Position numbers and translations under genes: made by a program | The notes under the pieces: model-generated | What the model saw: only the letters and a program-made list of their open reading frames with translations | Told to the model about the DNA's origin: nothing | Databases searched by the model: none | Part shown: in pieces, positions 11,607 to 23,514 of the stretch | Layout of the letters: each line of letters starts with the position of its first letter | Position numbering within the stretch: position 1 is the first letter of the stretch | Origin: Hydrolagus colliei | Taxonomy: Eukaryota | Direction of reading: 5' to 3' | DNA length: 64,000 nucleotides | NCBI GenBank assembly: GCA_035084275.1 | Contig: CM068745.1 | Coordinates: 83,576,001 to 83,640,000 of the forward strand

Positions 11607-12039
11607 CTGAAGAACAAGAATTAAAACAACGACATTATTAAGGGCAATGGCAAAACACTAGAGGCTTGAAATCTGAAATACAGGAACCTCCCAATCTTCG
11701 ACGGGATTGCGTTCCTGAAAATCGTGACACAAATCGAAATGTCGTAAACAGAAACGCGGTTTCCCACGCGGTCCCATTATATAACACGAGACGCCTTCTT
11801 TTGACAAAATTTTCAGACCTTCAACCCACCAAAATAACACACAAAACAACCCACCAAAATAACACACAAAACAGCCCACAAAGGCAAGGTTTAGTATCTA
11901 AAGTGATGACTTTGCGGGGTCCGTTACCCTAGTGGTATTGATGCTGCTCATTTCACTGACTGAGATTGTAGAAACCCGGCAGAGGTGGTAAATCGCTCGA
12001 ACATTGCACGGTGTCGCTTCAAAAGAAACTGGCTTTTAA

Positions 12040-12322
12040 AACGCTACAAAAAAAAGCTTTTAACCCTAAAAAAGAGAAACTTTTAACGCTTAAAAAAAAA
12101 GCGACAGCCCGACCAATTTGTACCAAGAGCGTATTTACAGTTTTAGCTCAACTGAGCGTCAATCGCAATATCGCCCTCTAGTGGTTGGACGACCAATTTG
12201 TATAAAGAGTGCACATAACCAGAGTCCACAAAACAGACGGAGATAACGGTATCGCCCCCTAGTGGTGGGAGGACCTGGGAGACTAATTTGGGTCCCAGCA
12301 AAAAAAAGGTTGGGAACCACTT
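12040..12322 (+). mobile_element. hAT-Charlie-like MITE remnant in stefin copy 2 intron 1
   Basis: Terminus GGGTCCCAGCAAAAAAAAGGTTGGGAACCACT; internal similarity to the 29973-30269 element. Confidence 0.6.
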
Positions 12323-13247
12323 CCCTGGCGATATGCTACTGGATAGTTCAGACGCTTGGATACAGTTTACGACTGCGATTTTACTGCAAAATACACTATA
12401 CTGTGTACCGTGCATGTGCAAAAAATGTTTGTCGGGAAAAGGAAACAAAACGTTAAAAAAATTACGTTCGTTAAATCGAAAACATGTAAAGAGAACCTTT
12501 GTAAATCAGGGGGATATCTGTAACAACAGAAGTCAGGAGAGGGGGCTTTGGTTTTTCTTACATTATTAAGGGTATAAATTATTATTATGATACAAATGTA
12601 ATTTTGTTCCTGAAAGCAATTCCCGATATGTATTCCTGTAGCTCAGTGGTTGGAGCATTCGCCTTGCAACAACAACAACAACAACACAATGACACTTGGA
12701 TGGCGCCAAGGACAAGGAGGCAAAGAGATCCCTGGTCACAGATGTTTACAATGTCAGTGAGAGTCCTGGGTTTGAATCCCGGCCGGTCAGAGTGAAACCT
12801 TGGGAGAGTTTCCTTGCTCCACACGCCTGATAAGGATCCCTCACAAAAAACCAATACTAATTTGGTCACTCAATCCACGACTGTCTGTGGGACGCCGCTG
12901 TGCGCAATTGGCTGCCGCGTTTCACCCACAAAATATACAGTCACACAGGTGAGAAGCGCAGTGTCAAACGCAAGCCTTGTGGTTATTATTATTGTTATTA
13001 TGAAGAGCGCTTGATAAACATACACAAGTTGTTGTAGTAAAACAACAACAAAATCACATTTAACGGCAAAAGTGGCAGCTTCATCATCCGCACAGACATT
13101 TCATTTCCAGGGAGGATTCTACACCAGGAAGTCACCAGACTGTAGTGACAACAGGGGTGGCTTGGTGAAGGAAGGGGAGTGAAGGCGGGAGGAGGAGAGA
13201 GAGAGAGTGAGAGAGAGAGAGAGAGGCACATTCACAGAAATACTCAC

Positions 13248-13331
13248 ATCATCAGCAAGCTTCTGAATCTCTGGTGTGGCAGGGTTGGCTTGGGGGTTGA
13301 TGCCACCACATATGGGGAATTGACCAGCCAT
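13248..13331 (-). CDS. Stefin copy 2, exon 1
   Basis: MAGQFPICGGINPQANPATPEIQKLADD|GTGAGT. Differs from copy 1 by M7I. Confidence 0.92.
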
Positions 13332-13651
13332 AATGTCAGAACTTGTCTGATTTATATGTGAGTGAGTGAGAGTGTGTGTGAGAGAATGAGAGTGAGTGAG
13401 AGTTAGTGAGTGAGTGTGAGTGAGTATGATTGAGTGGATGAGTGAGAGGGTGCGTGAGTGAGAGTGTGAGTGAGAGTTAGGGTGAGAGTGAGTGAGTGAG
13501 TGAGTGAATCTGTGCAGATGCTCTGATGGTCCACAATGTCACACTCAACAAATGCTGTGCCCCAATGTGCTACTTCTCTGTCTCTTGCACTATTTATCCT
13601 CCTCATTCACTGACTCACTCACCACGCCTCGCGAAAGGGGAGGAACGTGGT

Positions 13652-14140
13652 ATTGGGTTGTTGGGTAACCTTCGTCGATCGCGGGGGTTACTTTCCTGGA
13701 GAACTACACACTCAGTAAAATCGCGTTGGGTAAGCTTAAAAGGTAATGAGAAAAGCAGGGTTTAGTGGAATCCAGCCACAGGCTACACACCTCCTGCCTC
13801 CAGGCACCTCCACACCCGACCAATTCAAGGTACGCACTGAGGCGTGCTACAGCCGGCTGGCCCACTCCCCGCCTCTCACTGACTCACTGGAGACAATAAA
13901 ACAGCCAGAAAGCAATAAAAAATGAAGCATTAAAACCGCAGCTTGGCTAAATTATTTTACCTTTGCTCCTGGGAATGTTAGGAGACTCGCTCTCTCTCTC
14001 GCTGTCTCTTCTGTTTACCACGCAATGCCATCAGGATGCTCCAAGGCCAAACAGTCATCAGACTTTCCCAAGTGCGCATGCGTGTGGGCGCAAAAAAATG
14101 ACACTTTTATTTCATTGCGTATGCTTGAAGTCGCAATCAA
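13652..14140 (-). mobile_element. Second, diverged copy of the Tigger-like MITE
   Basis: Reverse-complement similarity to 7270-7750. One end abuts the L2 at 14147. Confidence 0.7.
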
Positions 14141-14146
14141 TAAAGT

Positions 14147-15257
14147 TGCATTCCACAGGGTGGGAGCGGAGAAACTGAAGGCCCGGCCTCCGATGGTGGG
14201 GCGGTTCGGGCGGGGGGCTTGGAGCAGGACAAGTCCTGCTGAACGGAGGGTCCGGGTGGGCGTGTAGGGGGAGAGTAGATCGGTTAAATAGGGCGGGGCA
14301 AGGCCGTGTAAGGCCTTGTAGGTGAGGACGAGGATCTTGAACTCGATCCTCTGGAGGATGGGGAGCCAGTGGAGACGGGCGAGGGTGGGGGTTATGTGGT
14401 CGCGGAGGCGGGTGTGGGATAGTACACGGGCTGCAGAGTTTTGGATGACCTGCAGTCTGTGAATGGAGTAACTGGGGAGGCCGACGAGGAGAGAGTTTCC
14501 GTAGTCCAGCCGTGAGGTGATGTATGCGTGCACAAGTGTTTCGGCAGCGCGGGGGGTAAGATAGTTGCGGAGCCTGGCAATGTTGCGCAGGTGGAAATAA
14601 GCGGTGCCGGTCAAGGCCCGGATGTGGGGGAGGAAGGAGAGTTTATGGTCGAACATGATGCCGAGGTTCCTGACTGGCTTTGTGAGGTGGAGAGTACAGC
14701 CTTGGATGTTGAGGCTGGCAGCGCCCGATGTGCGGAGGCGCTGGCTTGAGCCAATCAGGAGGGCCTCGGTCTTACTCACGTTCAATTGGAGGAAGTTGTC
14801 CCTCGTCCAGGACTCAATGTCGGACAGACATGCTGTCAGAACATCGATGGTCTGGGGGTTGAGGGATGAGGCAGAAAGGTACAGCTGGGTGTCGTCCGCA
14901 TACATGTGGAAATTTACCCCATGTTTGCGGATGACATCGCCCAGAGGGAGCGTGTAAATGGTGAAAAGGAGGGGGCCGAGGACAGAGCCCTGGGGGACGC
15001 CGTGAGAAACTGTGCGGGGGTTTGAGGAGAAACCGTTAGAAGATACAAAATGTAAACGGTGGGTCAGGTAGGAATGGAACCAGTCAAGGACTGTGCCTTG
15101 AAGGTTGAGGTGGGAGGAAAGACGTTGGAGGAGGATGGTGTGATCGACTGTGTCGAACGCAGCAGACAGGTCAAGGAGGACGAGGAGGCAGAGGGAGCCC
15201 TGGTCGCAGGCAGTTAGGTTATCATTTGTAACCTTGACCAGGGCAGTTTCTGTGCTG
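14147..15257 (-). mobile_element. L2-clade LINE ORF2 fragment
   Basis: STETALVKVTND, LLDLSAAFDTVDH, GVPQGSVLGP, YADDTQLY. Same family as 1888-3217. Confidence 0.92.
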
Positions 15258-15855
15258 TTGTCGTGGAATAACTCACAAAGAGATCAGGTTATTCATGTAA
15301 AGCACAAACAGTCATTTAATATACTAACGGCCGAAAGGAGAAATACCCTCACAGGTCAGACACCCGAGTTGGTACTTCTAAAGAACTAACAGAAATACAA
15401 CAGTTTATATCTTATTCGTTTGTACACCGCGTGACAGTAGTATAAGTTCCGTTAACCAATTACAGCAATCCACCTAATCAATAAAAGTGAATGTGGGAAG
15501 AGAGTTGAACTCTATTTACACTAGTCATGGGGTGCAAAAAGGGCAGCATCTATTAAAACAAAACTAGACAACCACAAGTTGCTAATTGATAGATTACAAT
15601 TTTCAAAGTAAGAAGTAAATCGTCTTTAATGATCAGGCATATACTGAAGCAATTGATCACCTAAAGAATAACAAGCAGGGAATGTCTAATTTACTCAAGC
15701 ACAAGCCTTTCTCCCTTCTTGGTCTGGACTATGTCATACAACTGACGTTTGCTGATACCCTATTGACCTCTGGAATTTCTAAGGGAGACTAAGAAACAGC
15801 TAACAATGTCCAGGGGAAGCTAAGAAACAGCTAACATGGTTGCCGATGTTTAACA

Positions 15856-16020
15856 TGGTTTCCACACTGTGAGCAGGGCAGAAACCTGATTGGAGGGGTT
15901 CAAGGAGTGAGTTGAGAGGAAAGAGCATGTAGGAGGGTTTTGGCCGCCTGTGGGTAGAGGCAGTGGTTGAGTTGTGCAACATTTCGGAGGCAGTGGAAGG
16001 CTTATCTGGTAATCCACCCA
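15856..16020 (-). mobile_element. Older L2 fragment
   Basis: LLEPLQSGFCPAHSVET (QSGFRxxHSTET motif). Confidence 0.65.
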
Positions 16021-17677
16021 CCTGATAATAATTCCAAGAAAAAAACAATAAAATACTGTATTAGAGAGAGAGAAAGAAAGGCAAAGGGAGATGGGATAGA
16101 TGATTAATTCAATGTTTGTTGTCTCACTTTCCAAGGAGACCACGATGGCGTTACGCAAGGATTAATTCTACAGTCAATTCACTTTACAGTGTATTCTGTG
16201 AAGTACAGGTCCTTTGAAAAAGAGCATCTAGAAGACGTGATAAGCGCCGTATCAAATGCAAGGATTATTATTTTGCTGGAAGTAACAGAACCAGTGATCT
16301 TTATCTGCATTGTTCGCTGGCTTCTCTTTGTCAGCGCAGTTTCAGAACAATTCATATTGTTGCTTTACAAGGAGCCCAATTCCAGCACACACAACTAACT
16401 TACCCCTGAGACCCCCCTCTTCCTTCGTTCCTTCAGCGATTGTTTTTATATCGTCTCAGTTATCACACAACTCTGGCCCATTTGTCCCCCGACAGTTCAA
16501 AAGAGGCAAAGATACTCAGACTACTTCATAAAAATAAGCCACTAGAGTACAATCTTTTTGTTCACGTGTACTGGATAAATACTAGATAACGTACGTGTTG
16601 TTAGAAGATAAACTTGAGCCATGAATTGCAGATGGAAGGAATGGGCTGCCCTGTCCCAGAGTTTGTGACCCTGTGTGAGGTTGGGAAAACGGTATTGTAC
16701 ACACTGATAATGCACAACTGTTTATTGTCAGGAATTAAAGAAAACAATGGGGTGACTAAGGTATGTCACCAACTTCAACTACTGTAATAGGTACTGACTG
16801 GGGATTTGAGATGTCCACAGATGGCTGGGACTAAAGGTCAAGGAGTAAAAAATAAATACTGCAGACTACGCGATCTCTGCAAGTTATAGCAGTTATTCCC
16901 CTTCCTTCACCAACCCAACCCACTCTTTTCGAAGAGACACTTCGGACACTTTGCGACCAGTATAATTATGTTTGGCTCCATCTATAGTATATTCAGAATT
17001 CCAGAGAGACGGTGGAAATGCTACCAAACTTCTTTTCGACCGCGCTTCTGGTCACCTACATAAATCCAAGTTGTTGTTGTTGTTGTTGTTGATACCGCCC
17101 CCCTCGCCCCCCTCGCCCCCAGCTCCCCTATGTCCTTGCATTCTCAGTGAAAGACAAGGTTAACTCAAACCTATCATTAAATCCATCACATTTTAGGGCT
17201 GTGACATTTTTTGCTGACTGGCAGATCCAGTGGCTAGCAGCCAAACCATTGCCTATTGTTGTGCAAATGAATTCACAGAAATGGGATAGTCTTTGGCTTG
17301 CTACTTTGGGAAAGTAACGTAGGAAAGACTTTGGCATATTGGGTTTTTTCCATCTTGAGAAATGTTTGGTTTACTTGCAACTAAACTGCTCAAGTACTTC
17401 TTTCCTCCTTCCTGCCCAATGTACCTCCACTCGTTAGGCTAACATCACAACTTAAAGAGTCAATTAACTTTACTGTATATTCCGTGAAACATCTCAAAGA
17501 CGTGATAAGATGCTGTACCAAATACACACAGGATTATTATGATATTATTATAGTACACGTCAGAAACACAGCTGACAATTCTTGTGGATACAGAAGCAGT
17601 CGGTCGGCAGATATCTTGCGTCAGATTTGGAACTATCTTTATTGACAGTAATATAAAAGGTAGATACTGTACAAACA

Positions 17678-18778
17678 ACTAGGTGCCAACAGTTACAATA
17701 CCAATTAACATGGTATGGCACACACAGACACAAGGCATCAAGATAAACAGGATGATGCTCTTAAGGATTAGTAACTTATCTACTCGGCTCTCACCCCCGC
17801 AGTGTGTGGGTGTGTGAGTGTGTCAATACATTACCAGGCTCTGGACGTCTGTTAAGCAGCACCAGCTCAAGGTATGGTTTCCCTCTGGTGGTGTGTTTCT
17901 TTGCCTCTGTGGTCTGTCCTGATTGCTGTTTACTGAACTTCCATAGGTCGGTCTCTCTCTCTCTGGACTTCACCCTTCAGGGCTGCTACCCAAGCTACAG
18001 TACTGGCTAATCACACAACAGCACAAGTTGTTGATTGTCTGACTCTCGGTGTGGGCTGATCACACGACCCCCCCACCCCCCAAACAGCCAGACCTGTCCT
18101 CTTCTCTTCTGATCCTTGGTTGGCTTTCCTGCTGCTGCCTGATTTCCTGTTGGCTTGGTCTCTGTCTCTCCGGCTCGTTCTGGAGTTGTACCCTTTTGCC
18201 TGAAACCTTCCTATCTCTGCACCGTTCTATCAGCATCAGGATTGATATCCAGATTTCTCCTAATTGGGGTGTAGTCAGTGTCCTGTCTCTCCCTTCCTTG
18301 CCTCACTTCCCTGGCTAACACTTTGTTTGAACTGCCTCCTGTAACCCTTGAGCTCCTCCTTACATCACCGAGTTAGTTATCGTCTAGTGCCTTTGCTTGT
18401 GCCTTTCCTCACCTCATCCTCTTCCAACGGTCTCCACATCATTGGCTTGTGGCACTCGGCCCATTCTCCTGCTGCCCTCATGGACTGTCCTCATTTTCCT
18501 GTGCTCGCCTCCCTTCCCTTCCCACACCTTGAGAAGGACTCTCCCATATGGTGGTTAATTATCTGTGTGTAGGTGTTGTCCATACCTTATCCCAGCCAGC
18601 TCACACCAGCCTGTTCTTTCACAGTCAGCAGTACATCACTAACTGCTAACCCACCCAGTCAGGCCAATCATGGCCCTTCTCCCAGGATTCCCTTCACGTT
18701 ATTCTGTTGCTATTGTCAGTCAACTTATATTATATTAACAACAACAACTTGGATTTATATTGCGCCCTCACTCACTCC
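17678..18778 (-). repeat. Local inverted duplication, arm B (partner 8265-9389)
   Basis: Reverse complement of arm A; differences are mostly microsatellite length and scattered substitutions. Confidence 0.92.
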
Positions 18779-19628
18779 ACGCCGGACGGCGTCTCAGAGC
18801 GCTTCCCAATAACAGATCCCTGGGTTGAGCCAGGGGGAGGGGGAGAAAGGTGACCGAAGGCGCGGTCGAAAAGAAGGAAAGATAAGAAATACTCCCATTT
18901 TTCCACCTTCCTCAACCCCTAACTCCTCATGCCCCGATCTCCGCAGTTCTACCCCCACATTCACCCCTAGAGATCTACCCTTCCCACTCTTTAACATGCA
19001 CCCCTTATTCCCGTACCCAGATCCTGACGCCCCCCTCACCCCCATCTCCCCCACAGGTTTGGATTCTCAGTGAAAGGCAAGGTCACCTTGAAGCTATCAT
19101 TTGATCTATCACATTTTGGAGCTGTGACATTTTTGCTGACTGGCAGATGCAGTCTTACAACTGGCTTGCAATGGAAAAGTCTTTAGCACATTACATATCT
19201 TTTTCTGTCTTGCGAAATATTTTCTTTCCTGGCAACCAAACTGTGCATGTGCATGTTTGCTCCTCTCTGTTTGTTAGGCTAATACCACCACATATACAGT
19301 CACTTTGCAGTATATTCCGTGAAAAGGCTCAAAGGTGGTGGAGGCTGATTCGATAACAACTTTTAAAAGAGAGGTAGACATCTATTTGGGGGAGGACAGG
19401 TTTGCGAGGTTATGGGATGCTGGGGAGTGGGATTGAATTGTTCTTTTTAAAGAGCCAGCACAGACTCGATGCGCCGAATGGCCTCCTTTTGTGCCGTAAG
19501 ATTCTATGATTCTGTGTGATAAGATGTGCAATATCAAATGCAAGGATCAGAAAATACTGCCACTCCCTTCAAGAAACCCCATTACTCATATTTCCGTGTG
19601 TGGCTGCCGTGTTTTACCCACATATATA

Positions 19629-20130
19629 CAGGTAGACCTCGCTTAACGTTGCTTCGACCAGCGTTGTTTGGTTATTACGTTGCTGATGCATCGGGGAACA
19701 TATATCCATTTAACGTCGCGAAGTTCGCTATTATGTCGTTTGCCAGCGGGTGGAAATGAACTACTTTGGGTAGCGTAGGGGTATACAGTCACTGAACATC
19801 CAGTATTCTTATGCAGTGTCCATCCTCAGTCGTAACGTCACCATTTTTACGTTTGTGCGCAGGTGTGATGGTAGTTATTTTTAATTGTGATTTATTTGTG
19901 CAATCTTCTATAAACAGGAGTCAGAAACTCCCAGGAGGTGACAGTTGTGAGTCTGGTAGTAAACAAGAAAAACAGGAAAACTATTACTTTCTAAATGAAA
20001 TGACATATTTTAACAGGTTTTAATGCCGTTAGTGTTATGCTATTTAATTTTTTTAAAAATGTTTAACATTTATGAATGTACATATATTTCAGCTTGTGAG
20101 TTTTTAAAAGAAACTTTTGACGAAAAATGC
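19629..20130 (+). mobile_element. Tigger-like DNA transposon remnant
   Basis: TA followed by the terminus CAGGTAGACCTCGCTTAACG, with subterminal AACG/CGTT repeats. The other end was not found. Confidence 0.55.
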
Positions 20131-20254
20131 CCTATAATGCACTATAATAAAATAGTAATAATCACAAAGTCTTCGAGACGCTTCACAGAATATACTGTAA
20201 AGTGAATTGACTGCATTTGTTGTGGTATTAGCCTGACAGGTGATAGTTGGAGCA

Positions 20255-20540
20255 CTCGCCTTACAAGCGAGAGAGCTGGTTTCGATTCCCGGCAGATCAG
20301 GGCGAAACCCTGGGCAAATTTCCTTACTCCGCATGGCTCACAGTAATCCATCCATAAAAATTAAAAATTGTAGTCATTTCAATTCACGGCTGTTTGTGGG
20401 GACGCTGCTGTGCGCAATTGGCTGCCGTGTTTCACCCACAAATTGTACAGTCAATTCACCTCACAGTATATTCTGTGAAGCACTTTGAGACATCTGGAAG
20501 ACGTGAAAAGTGTTATATCAAATGCAAGGAATATTATTAT
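20255..20540 (+). mobile_element. tRNA-derived Deu-core SINE
   Basis: B box GTTTCGATTCC, core motif, ATCAAATGCAAGGA(ATT)n tail. Confidence 0.82.
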
Positions 20541-23514
20541 TAAAGAAAGCAAAAATACTTTCAAAGACGGAAAGCACCAATGCCAAAAGTAACATGCCCA
20601 AAACATGCCATGACTTGTGAATTCATTTGCACAATACACAATGGTTTGGCTGCTAGCCACTTCTAACACTGGTTCTGCCAGTCAGCAAAAATGTCACTGC
20701 CCTAAAATGTGATGGATTTACAGCTAATGATAGCTAATGATAGCTTAAAAATTTCTTTCGCTGAGAATGCAAAGACATGGGGGAGCTGGGGGGTGGATGG
20801 CTTCTCCAATTAAAAAAAAGTTACAATTTCCACCCACACACCGGTTTTCTGAAAGCACTGTAGATGGAGCCAAACATGATTATACTTATCGGAGGGTGTC
20901 GTAACCTGTGTGACGGGATTTTCTTTTTAAAGGCTTTCTTATCAAGTCATCAGCCTGTTCAGGTGGACATTAATGATCCCACGGCACCATTCACAAAGAA
21001 AGGGGATTTCCTCCCGCTATACCCTGGCCAACAATCCCCCAGATAAAATCCTTCATTCGTTTCATGATAATAATAAAAGAATAATAATGATCCTTCCATT
21101 TGATATTGCCTCATCACGTCTTCCAGACCTCTCAAAGCGTTTCACAGGATATACAGTAAAGTTGAGTGACTGTGTGTTTTGTGGGCAAAGTAGTGTCTCA
21201 GCGGGCTGTTTGTGGGACATGTGTATGCGCAAGTTGGCTGCTGCGTTCATTAACAAACACACACAATCAGGTATTTCACTTGTGTGCAGGGCTTCGCATC
21301 TCTATGAGGTGCTAAATTACATGTGCGTATTATTATAATTCTCAGATATCCTTCTCTGTAGGGTCCTGATTAACAGAGTTCACACTCATCACCATTGGCA
21401 CTCAGAACAAACCCTTTTTATCTAACTTATTTCTTTGTGCTGAGCTCCATTTGGTATACAGCAGCCCTCTCAGTCCTTTCAGCCGCTTTCTCTGAAACAG
21501 TGACTGTTGTTTGTGCCTTGGAAACGAGGGACATCAGCTCTCCATGTTGCCCAACCACAACTTGCATTTATACCGCACCCTTCACATAGGCTGTGAATTC
21601 ACAAAAGGCTATGAATTGCAAAGCCAGGCATTTGGAGTTGCGGCAAAGATCAGTCATTACCTAATACGATGTCAGAACAGGTTTGAGGGGCTCAATCGCC
21701 TTCTCCTGTTCCTGTGTTCTTATGAGTGCTGCACAATGGCAGGGTGGGACTTTGACTGAGCAAAGGCCTTGTGATTTTTCTCTGAACCAGTGACTGTTCC
21801 TTACCTCTCTTTCCCCGCCTTCAGTTCCACCAGCTAGCCCCGAGGGAGGTTAGAATTTGTCTCACCTGCTCGCTGTATTCCTGAGGTTTACAATAATAAT
21901 TTGGATGGCACTGATGTCTCAGCCAAGTGTAGCTGAGTGTTTTTAACCAAAGTCAGGCAATGTTGCTGACGGGATTGGCAGGGATCAACCAAACTGATTT
22001 GTGCCTTGGCCTGGCTTAGTCGGTTGGTCTCCTGTTTCCAAGCCAGTAGGTTGAGGGTTCAAGTCGCCCGTCAGGACTCGAACTCACACAGTCTCACGAG
22101 GCAAAAATGATGTGGCCGTCACCATAGCAATTGTGCACGATAGCAGTCTTCCTCCTTTCCCGTCTCAATGAGGGGAACACTGCTCAACTGTGTGATTTGG
22201 GAAGCAGCAAGAAAAATTGTGAGTTGGGAATGTGTTAAAAAAAAATACCAAGGGCCCTTGGGGAAGAAGTAATGTACTGTGTATGTGTTAGTACTTGGGT
22301 ATAATGGCTCAAACCAGTTGCATGCTGTTTGTGCTGCTTTTCTATGTTAATAACTGTGTAATGGGTTTAGCAGTGCCCAGAGGACATTTATGAGCAAATT
22401 AATGCAGTTACTGGTGAATGCAAAAAAAAACACACGAGGTAACATGTCGAACTAATCTTTCTGTATATATATATAGATATATTGTATAGTAGCCATTGAG
22501 AGCAGATCAGTTCTGAAAATCGTGCCATTGATCTAGCCGTTGGTCTAATCTGCATGAATCCTGGCTGATTCTGGATGATTTTGCTATTTGAGTTACCATT
22601 CACAGTTGCAGAAGACCTGTTTCGAATGGCTAAAATGGATCCCTCGCTGTGATTCCTTCTGTTAAAACATAGACCGAACCTGACTCAATTTGGGAAAAGA
22701 TGATTTGCCATTTCAGTCGGCATTCCCGTCCATCATCCAACTCCCTCGGCTCCTACTCCCAGCTGGTGTCCAGCTAGGTGACTATTTGAGGGACTTTCCC
22801 ATCTTGAAAGGCAATGTATAAATGTAAATTGCATTGTGTTGTAAGTGCTTCAGTAATGCAGATAATTGCTGAAAACTCAGATACGAAGTACTGTATGCAG
22901 TTCAGCGGATAACATGAAGAGAATTAGCAATCACAAATCTTTTGCTTCAACTGTTTTTGTTAGAAACATTCATCTTCATAATCCATCCTTTGTAGCTTTT
23001 CTGGGGGGTAATAATCTCTTAAAAACAATAATAATTCAAATTTGGCCACTCAATCCACGATTCTTTGTGGGACAACTGTGTGCAATTGGCTGCCACGTTG
23101 AGTTGACTCAATGACATGATAAGCGCCTATCATGAAATGGAAGAATTATTATATTATCTTGGGCACACTTGACATTTTTATCATCCCCATGAAATTCCAT
23201 TGTTAATGTTCCAATCACCAGATCCATTATCTCCCTGTTATTTGCGTTAACCCAGAGCTTGCAGATGAATTTTTCTCACTTTTCCATTCCCATCCAGTTA
23301 GTGGTCATTATTCCATCCCTACCACGATTGATAAGACCTTAAAAACAGTGTGGTGGCCTTCCCTTCTTGACGTTATCACTCGGTTATGTTAATCCTGTCT
23401 ACCTTGTTTGCAAACTAATCCTTCTTTGCGTACTAATTAAGCTTATTTGCAATCTGCCCCTCCTCCGGATGGTTCCTGGACTCGTATTCAGCTTGACTTC
23501 ATTGGACTCCTCCC

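Noticed and set aside
15259-15855. Possible solo LTR (TGT...ACA) between two L2 pieces
   Set aside because: No matching TSD, PBS or PPT; left unassigned.
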